Origin: Tubiluchus corallicola
Lineage: Eukaryota > Animalia > Priapulida
DNA: 14,612 nucleotides
Assembly: GCA_030141605.1 (NCBI GenBank)
Contig: JAQGDQ010001411.1
Span: 27,521-42,132 of the forward strand
Direction of reading: 5' to 3'
Part shown: piece by piece, positions 9,309 to 14,612 of the stretch
Position numbering within the stretch: position 1 is the stretch's first letter
Layout of the letters: every line of letters begins with the position of its first letter
The notes under the pieces: generated by a model
Databases searched by the model: none
Seen by the model: only the letters and a program-made list of their open reading frames with translations
Told to the model about the DNA's origin: nothing
Translations under genes and position numbers: made by a program

Positions 9309-11242
9309 GTCTCTCTCTCTCTCCACCAAATTCACTTCGCCTAGGGCCTCCAATTACCTAAGGCCGGCCCTGCTGTTAAGCCAGTCAATATTTAGTGTCC
9401 AAGCTTCGGTTATCTCACACAACCTGTACTCTTGAGATATATGATTGCTGCACATCAATAATACTTAATGGCTTGGAAATTGACCAGACATCAATCTTGC
9501 ATTCCAAACACTTTGGAGTCAAGTCTGTACAAAAAGAGTGGACGCTAAGAAGCTCCAAGAACATGCTGCTTATCGATAGCGAGCTAGCGAGACATCTGCA
9601 TGATGTGTTTGGCGATCTTGAGTTTGACCCTAGGATCTTTGAGTCTCCAGTCATAACCCCCAGGAGTGCATGAGACGTGTAAGGCTTCCACGCTAACTAC
9701 TGATTGCATGATAGATTCTGAGCTGACTGAGTAATACAAATTGTTGTGTGCCATTACTCGTTGTTTTTGCATAATTACCAAAATGAAATTTTATGCTCTG
9801 CAATTAATGCTATGTATTATTATTTTTAAAACAAACCTGTTTTTTCTTACATATACTTACTTAAATACATTAATTTAATTGTTACCTAACTATATATGCA
9901 ATTTTTTAGGTCAGATGACCAAGACAGTTTGACGATAATAATTATTTGCATTTAAAAAATAATTGAAACTAACCACTGTGAAGCTAAAGCATGATTTATT
10001 TCAGTTTAAGTTTGTTAGCTTACTGTAACTTTAAGAGCTTTATTCTGCTGAGTTTTAGTTTCCACATCAAGTGCCGCTCCTAACCATTGATGGTCTTTTT
10101 TATCCCAAACTCTATCTGAATTATTGCAATTTCTGTCCACATATTGACGACGAATTATGTCGTAACACACATTCCCTGCAAAACAGGAGTAATCCTGTAA
10201 AATACTTTTTCTAAAATGATTTCCTTCACAAAAAGTGCAGTTCGTGCCGTTCTTACCAACAACTAACAACAAACCTGAAACTGTTCGCCTGGTTGTTTGC
10301 TTGTCTGTTGTTTAGTCGCAAGTTCTGCTATAGCTTTCTGGGAAAAATATGGCGGAAAAAGCAAATGGTGTGCAGTGTACACTAGGCGTAAATTTACTGT
10401 TACTCTATAAAACATAAGATGAAGAAAGAAAATACAATCTCTTGAAAATTCCGCATTGTGTAAACATTGGTGACAAAAATCTAAAATCTTCAGGCCCATA
10501 CTTAGTTTTTACCTTTATCATCTACTTTCACCTCTTCACACTGACCGCCCTCAACTGGACATTTGAATAGAGCACCTGGACTCTCTACTGATGACGGTAT
10601 GTAAGTTGAGTTTGACTTTGGTGCTCCCACCAGTAACCTGTAAAATTAATTTGCATGTTTATTACAACAGCAGCTGGAACAGAGAACTGCAAGACCAAAC
10701 AAGATTAGTGACCACTGGGGTGACATTCATGCAACTGCAGGTTTTTTCTTATGCAGCTTCGCACTTCATAAGTTAGGATCCAGCACTGAAGATAAGTGCT
10801 ACTTAATGTACATGGCTGAGGCAGGATCGGAATCTACCTCATTATTGAGGTACACTGAAATGGCTAACAGAGTTGCCTGACTGGATGTAAATATCTCTGT
10901 ACAAAAGAAGCAGCCAAAGTAGTGTAGCAGATCACCCACACATAGTTTTTCTGTTGATTGCCCATTCATTTGTTAACCAGGTTCTGCACTGTTTAACTTG
11001 TGTAATACAAACTGTGACCGCTCAGCTGTTCTCTTGCCTTAGAATGTGTATTGAGTTTAAAATGCCTGTTTTAATAAGTTACAGCAACTGATTTAGTTGA
11101 ATATGCCACTCAGCCCACTCTACGGCACCTTAGATCAAAGTGCCATCTACATTTAACTCTTGAAGTTAATCGACCATTATGCAGTTATTTTACCTTCAGA
11201 AACTGGACCAAAGTTAAGCCATTACCTACATTACGACAACGT

Positions 11243-11298
<56 letters not shown>

Positions 11299-12031
11299 GT
11301 GTATATCGGGAAATAACAGTGATATCAGTAGCATATGTGACATGTTCAAAGTATTGAACTTGCACATCTGTGCAAGCAGTCAAGTTATTTACTCTTCCAA
11401 ATTTGCAAATAATTGTGGATAATTTTAGGTTTGAGAATGGCCTGACAGGTTGTCCCTGGGTAAGGCCTGAGAAGATTTAATGAGATTTAGTGATGTCCGA
11501 TTGTGAGATGAGAAACGAAATCAATATCAAGTGTAGAATTTCACTGAATCGTGCTCCGTTACGTTTAAACTATGGGCGCTGCTCATCAAAACTGGTTTAT
11601 GTCGTCATCACTGTTGCAGCCATCGCCGACGTCATCAGTATCGTCATTGTTGCCTCCACCATCAGCGTTATCAACCATCACCATCACATCTACAGCCACT
11701 AACTGCGTCTGTTGCCATGACTACAGTCATCTCCATCCAAACTACAAGCTCAGCGTTGTACTATCAATTTTACAAACTTGTATAATGTATAAAAAATCAA
11801 ATATATCAAAATTTAATGTTAAATTTACCAAGTATCCTGCTGACCTTCAAACAATGCTACTGTATATCCAAAAAAACTTTGTCCCCTGTTAATGGGATCA
11901 TAGAAAACACTTTCTCTGGCGTCTTCAATATCTAAGTTAAATGCCCGTGCATTTCTAGTCATAATACAGGTTATATACACGATAAAAACCGCCGCTAGGT
12001 GGTGTAAAAACTGTTCTTGTATTGACTTCAT
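5342..12031 (-). CDS. Integrin alpha subunit, no I-domain, alpha4/alpha9-like; spliced CDS complement(join(5342..7909,8526..8753,10024..10175,10513..10637,11829..12031)), 1091 aa
   Basis: Exon lengths 203+125+152+228+2568 = 3276 nt form one open frame through four GT-AG introns of phase 2, 1, 0, 0. The protein has a signal peptide followed by the mature N-terminus FNLD, FG-GAP repeats (FFGYTV...LLVGAP, YFGAAL...LLVGAP, RFGTAI...VAIGAP, GFGWSF...FAVGAY), Ca2+ loops DLDYDGYND and DVDSNNYPD, the genu CGEDDVCTSDL, a TM helix and the cytoplasmic KVGFFKR motif. Family assignment rests on established integrin alpha motifs; the subfamily is my inference. Confidence 0.95.
8281..8400 (+). mobile_element. 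Probable 5S rRNA-derived SINE (SINE3-type) fragment in integrin intron 4
   Basis: CCGAAGTTATGCGATGCTGGGCCTAGTTGGTAAATAAATCGGTGCCTGCC aligns without gaps to the 3' half of animal 5S rRNA as I recall it (CCGAAGTTAAGCAACGTCGGGCCTGGTTAGTACTTGGATGGGTGACCGCC). A related copy lies at about 10890-11020. Confidence 0.6.
8526..8753 (-). CDS. Integrin alpha coding exon 4
   Basis: Acceptor GCCATAG|GTG. Translates VCAPRWINQWYW...MNGYCWEL...YGLAGMAVHYPK; CAPRW is the blade-2 motif. Donor AAA|GTAAGC, phase 0. Confidence 0.88.
9060..9372. mobile_element. 313-bp non-autonomous hAT (Tip100/MER45-like termini) element in intron 3, with an internal (CT)n tract
   Basis: TIRs CAGGGCCGGCCTTAAG and (reverse complement) CAGGGCCGGCCTTAGG match 15/16. 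The 8-bp TSD CTGTTACG / CTGTTAAG matches 7/8. CGCCTAGGGCCTC occurs near both ends. Confidence 0.92.
9165..9323. repeat. Imperfect (CT)n microsatellite inside the hAT element
   Basis: Read directly. Confidence 0.95.
10024..10175 (-). CDS. Integrin alpha coding exon 3
   Basis: Acceptor TCCTGTTTTGCAG|GG. Translates (G)NVCYDIIRRQYVDRNCNNSDRVWDKKDHQWLGAALDVETKTQQNKALKVT; QWLG is the blade-2 motif. Donor ACA|GTAAGC, phase 0. Confidence 0.88.
10513..10637 (-). CDS. Integrin alpha coding exon 2 (absent from the ORF track)
   Basis: Acceptor ATTTTACAG|G. Translates (W)LLVGAPKSNSTYIPSSVESPGALFKCPVEGGQCEEVKVDDK(G). Donor G|GTAAAA, phase 1. Confidence 0.92.
10890..11020 (-). mobile_element. Second copy of the probable 5S-derived SINE, in integrin intron 1, opposite orientation
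   Basis: CCCATTCATTTGTTAACCAGGTTCTGCACTGTTTAACTT resembles antisense 5S (CCCATCCAAGTACTAACCAGGCCCGACGTTGCTTAACTT). It also shares non-5S sequence with the reverse complement of 8281-8400: GTAGTGTAGCAGAT..CCCACACATAGTTTTTCTG versus GTGGTGTGGCTGAT..CCCACATACAGTTTTCTG. Confidence 0.55.
11244..11297. repeat. (GAT)18 microsatellite in intron 1
   Basis: Read directly. Confidence 0.97.
11600..11735. repeat. Degenerate (CAT/CAC/CGT)n trinucleotide low-complexity tract in intron 1
   Basis: Three-base periodic gtcgtcatcactgttgcagccatcgcc...caccatcacatc. Confidence 0.6.
11829..12031 (-). CDS. Integrin alpha coding exon 1 (signal peptide, FNLD, start of blade 1)
   Basis: ATG at 12031. Encodes MKSIQEQFLHHLAAVFIVYITCIMTRNARA|FNLDIEDA...QSFFGYTVALFEGQQDT(W). 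Donor TG|GTAAAT with GT at 11828-11827, phase 2. Confidence 0.9.
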
Positions 12032-12792
12032 AATTCACTGTTGGCTCAATTAGTTATCCACATCAAACTAACACAAAACTGTACACGATTGTGAAGAGAG
12101 AGTAAAACCATCGACCAGCCAGCCTATCCCACACACGTATTTACAAATGCATGATGAATTTGAGCAAACGTTACCGTTTCAGTAACCAGCTTTCACCGTA
12201 ACAACAAATTCCAAAGCGGTTTCAAGCGGTTCCCAGATCTCGGCCTATCTCCACTGCTTCATTCTACAACAAAAGCCAACAAATGTGTTTTATTAGTTAC
12301 ATTCAGAATCGTAGATTTCAGAGTCATTCATTACATCTCGTGTAGCTGTAGATCTGATTAAGTATAACATAGTCACGTCGTAGTTACACCATCTAATAGC
12401 TTATAAATGTTTTCCTTGTTTAAAAGACATTATACTGTATATAAGTATGCGAAGGTGTCTGATAGAATAGTTATAGGGTGACTAAACCCGGCTGTTTCTA
12501 CCAACCATTTCCTTGAGTTGTTTATACTGGGAATGCTCCCGCGAAAGGGAAATACTAACTTGTAACATTTTAGTTACATCCAGGATTCTGCTGATTAGAG
12601 CGGGCAGTATGATTCAGCGGTTGTTCCTACTCTTCCCGTAGTGAAAATTTAGGTGAAGCATGTAATTTAGTGACACTGCAGTCTGTAAAATATAGAGCAG
12701 GTGTGAAATTCACAGACGCTACATATTGTACATTGTAATTATAGAAGTTTGCCAAGAAGGCCTTCTCAGCATAAAATGAGTCTCTTTCTAGG

Positions 12793-12911
12793 CAACAACA
12801 ACAACAACAACAACAGCAAACAACAACAACAGCAGCAAACAACAACAGCAACAGCAACGACAACGACAGCAACAACGGCAACGACAATGACAACAACAAC
12901 AGCAACAACAA
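12793..12911. repeat. Imperfect (CAA/CAG/CGA)n microsatellite
   Basis: Read directly. Confidence 0.93.
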
Positions 12912-13027
12912 TCTTTGTTTAAAGATAAATTTTAGATGGGTTTTTAGATAAATTAACTAATATAAACTCAAAGAGCTTTTTCTCAAATGTAAATAACAAA
13001 TCTGAAAAACCTAATAGTGATTAATGT

Positions 13028-13165
13028 TACTCCACTTTTGCCCTAATTACCAGGCAGGGCAGTAGCAGGTACCGTTATAAGTCATTGGTATGAATTGGCT
13101 GCAGTATCGAACTCACGACCTCCCAGATGGAAAGCTGATGCGTTGCCACAAGACTATACCATCTA
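13028..13165 (-). mobile_element. tRNA-derived SINE 5' portion (A box, B box, Meta-domain-like core)
   Basis: The minus strand reads TAGTCTTGTGG (A box, 13156-13146), then GGTCGTGAGTTCGATACT (B box, about 13114-13103), then TTCATACCAATGACTTATAACGGTACCTGCTACTGCCCTGCCTGG. The last part resembles the MetaSINE core GTCATACCAAAGACTNTAAAAATGGTACC as I recall it. Confidence 0.7.
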
Positions 13166-13182
13166 AGCTATTGCTAATTAGC

Positions 13183-13612
13183 TATCACAGCTGGTTGATT
13201 ATTTGGTACCCAAAAAGTCCAGTGTAACTGACAATAACTGTCACAGTTGGTTGATTATAATGCTGGCCAAAAAGTGGAGTGCAACTGATAATAACTGTTA
13301 CAGTTGGTTGATTATAATGCTGGCCAAAAATCCAGTGCAACTGATAATAACTGTCACCGTTGGTTGATTATAATGCTGGCCAAAAAGTGGAGTGCAACTG
13401 ATAATAACTGTCACAGTTGGTTGATTATAATGCTGGCCAAAAATCCAGTGCAACTGATAATAACTGTCACCGTTGGTTGATTACAATGCTGGCCAAAAAT
13501 CCAGTGCAACTGATAATAACTGTCACAGTTAGCTGATTGTATTGCTGGCCAAGAAATATCTGTGCAACTGACGATAACTTGTCACTATTGGCTGATTATA
13601 GTACCAGAAAAA
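13183..13612. repeat. Minisatellite, 56/57-bp unit, about 7.5 copies
   Basis: Unit AGTGCAACTGATAATAACTGTCACAGTTGGTTGATTATAATGCTGGCCAAAAA(GTGG/TCC) starts at 13221, 13278, 13334, 13391, 13447, 13503 and 13561. The terminal copies are degenerate. Confidence 0.96.
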
Positions 13613-13686
13613 ATCCCTTTGGTGATGCCCACCTTTAACTCGGTGCAGGTTTAGCTTAAACTTCAAACACTTTGAATACATCCAGA

Positions 13687-14079
13687 ATAGGCCTTTTCAC
13701 AGTATCGTTGTGCGCACGTGCAGCTGCTGTGGGTCAGAGGTTAAGTGTACCACAGCAACGCGTCTTAACTACAACCGTCACGTGAGGTGTGCGTAAAAAA
13801 AAGCCGTCTGTCGCATCAGTTCAGTAACTTCAGATGTTTTATGTGGACTTTACTTGATTTTGCATTAGTCTGTGCGAGGAGTGATTTACTAGCAAGATCT
13901 TGCTTGGGAACAATAAAAAATGAACTAGGTAAGGTTCTAGCTAGCTGTTAATTCTTTTACTATTACAGTAGCATGGGCTTCGAGGCGTTATCAAGTGTAC
14001 ACAAATGCGTTGTCTGGTACACTTGACCTTTGAACTCTGTATGATCATCGTCAATTGCTGGAATTGTGAAATAGCTTAT
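13687..14079. mobile_element. About 390-bp diverged MITE-like element with roughly 90-bp imperfect terminal inverted repeats; superfamily unassigned
   Basis: Termini ATAGGCCTTTTCACA and (reverse complement) ATAAGCTATTTCACA match 12/15. At the same offset (about 45 nt), GGTCAGAGGTTAAGTGTACCACAGCAACGCGT faces (reverse complement) GTTCAAAGGTCAAGTGTACCAGACAACGCAT. No clean TSD. Confidence 0.7.
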
Positions 14080-14612
14080 CACAGTTAAACATGGACATGA
14101 CCACAAGACCTCAATACACAATTTTCTCCAAGGCGAGCGATAACCTAACCTCCACAACGGTTAGTAAAACGAAACTGACAACATTTAGTGATATATAATT
14201 TGAAGTCTGAATCAGACAAGACCTAACAGATGTATTTATGATTCATTCGTGACTACTGATAAAAAGTTTGGATAAAAAAGGTAAAAAATAACTTCGTTAA
14301 AGACACATGTATTTGCGTTGAGTCTGGGTGCTTTATTTTAGACTGTTTCTTACTGATCAATACTGTACTGTTACTATTTTCTTACTGTTTCTTACTTAAT
14401 AAATAATAAATTTTAACTAAAACTACAACTATTTCTAGTTTCCTGTGACATAAAATGGTTTAAATAACGTTATTACAAAGCAAATTAAGCAGCAAACATT
14501 TTATGATGTTACTGACTTTCTGGAGTGCTTCTCAAGGTCACAGTTACAACATCGTCAAAGTACGTGAGAATTAGCAGATGATGCAGCTGTCTATCAGTGT
14601 TTACCTGCCTGT

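Noticed and set aside
8974-9435. 153-aa SL-repeat ORF and the antisense ER-repeat ORF
   Set aside because: They derive from the (CT)n tract inside the hAT MITE.
9395-9781. Overlapping 65-92 aa ORFs in intron 3 as a nested gene or extra exon
   Set aside because: No recognisable domain in the frames examined, and exons 3 and 4 already join in phase with continuous integrin motifs. An old TE fragment cannot be excluded without BLASTX.
10176-10194. Alternative upstream acceptor TTTTACAG for exon 3
   Set aside because: It would need a phase-0 junction but exon 2 ends in phase 1, so it would frameshift. The acceptor ending at 10176 keeps the frame.
12529-12540. NF-kB-like palindrome GGGAATGCTCCC upstream of the ATG
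   Set aside because: The spacing is longer than the canonical 10-11 bp kB site and the transcription start is unknown, so it cannot be supported from sequence alone.
11160-12911. Poly-Asp, poly-His and poly-Leu/Cys ORFs
   Set aside because: They are translations of the (GAT)n and (CAA)n microsatellites.
13095-13160. Functional tRNA gene
   Set aside because: A and B boxes are present, but I could not build a convincing cloverleaf or find a Pol III terminator, and SINE-core-like sequence follows directly.
13183-13612. Possible CRISPR array
   Set aside because: The units are contiguous, near-identical tandem copies with no unique spacers, there are no cas genes, and the context is eukaryotic.

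Overview
AT-rich, repeat-dense animal genomic DNA, most likely from an invertebrate; the organism cannot be determined from the sequence. The only supported host gene is a complete minus-strand integrin alpha subunit without an I-domain, with alpha4/alpha9-like features. I assembled it by hand from five coding exons joined by canonical GT-AG introns in compatible phases: 12031-11829, 10637-10513, 10175-10024, 8753-8526 and 7909-5342 (3276 nt, 1091 aa). Its structure is unusual: four short 5' exons, then one 2568-nt exon carrying about 78% of the CDS, which suggests 3'-biased intron loss. Its furin-type site lies in the thigh domain, not in calf-2. The rest of the window is transposon debris and tandem repeats: two decayed LINE ORF2 3' ends, four TIR/MITE elements (two hAT-type with 8-bp TSDs, one TTAA-flanked foldback, one unclassified), two inverted copies of a probable 5S-rRNA-derived SINE in the introns, a tRNA-derived SINE, a 56/57-bp minisatellite and compound microsatellites. 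Most short ORFs in the supplied track are microsatellite or antisense artefacts. I found no convincing new multi-gene system.
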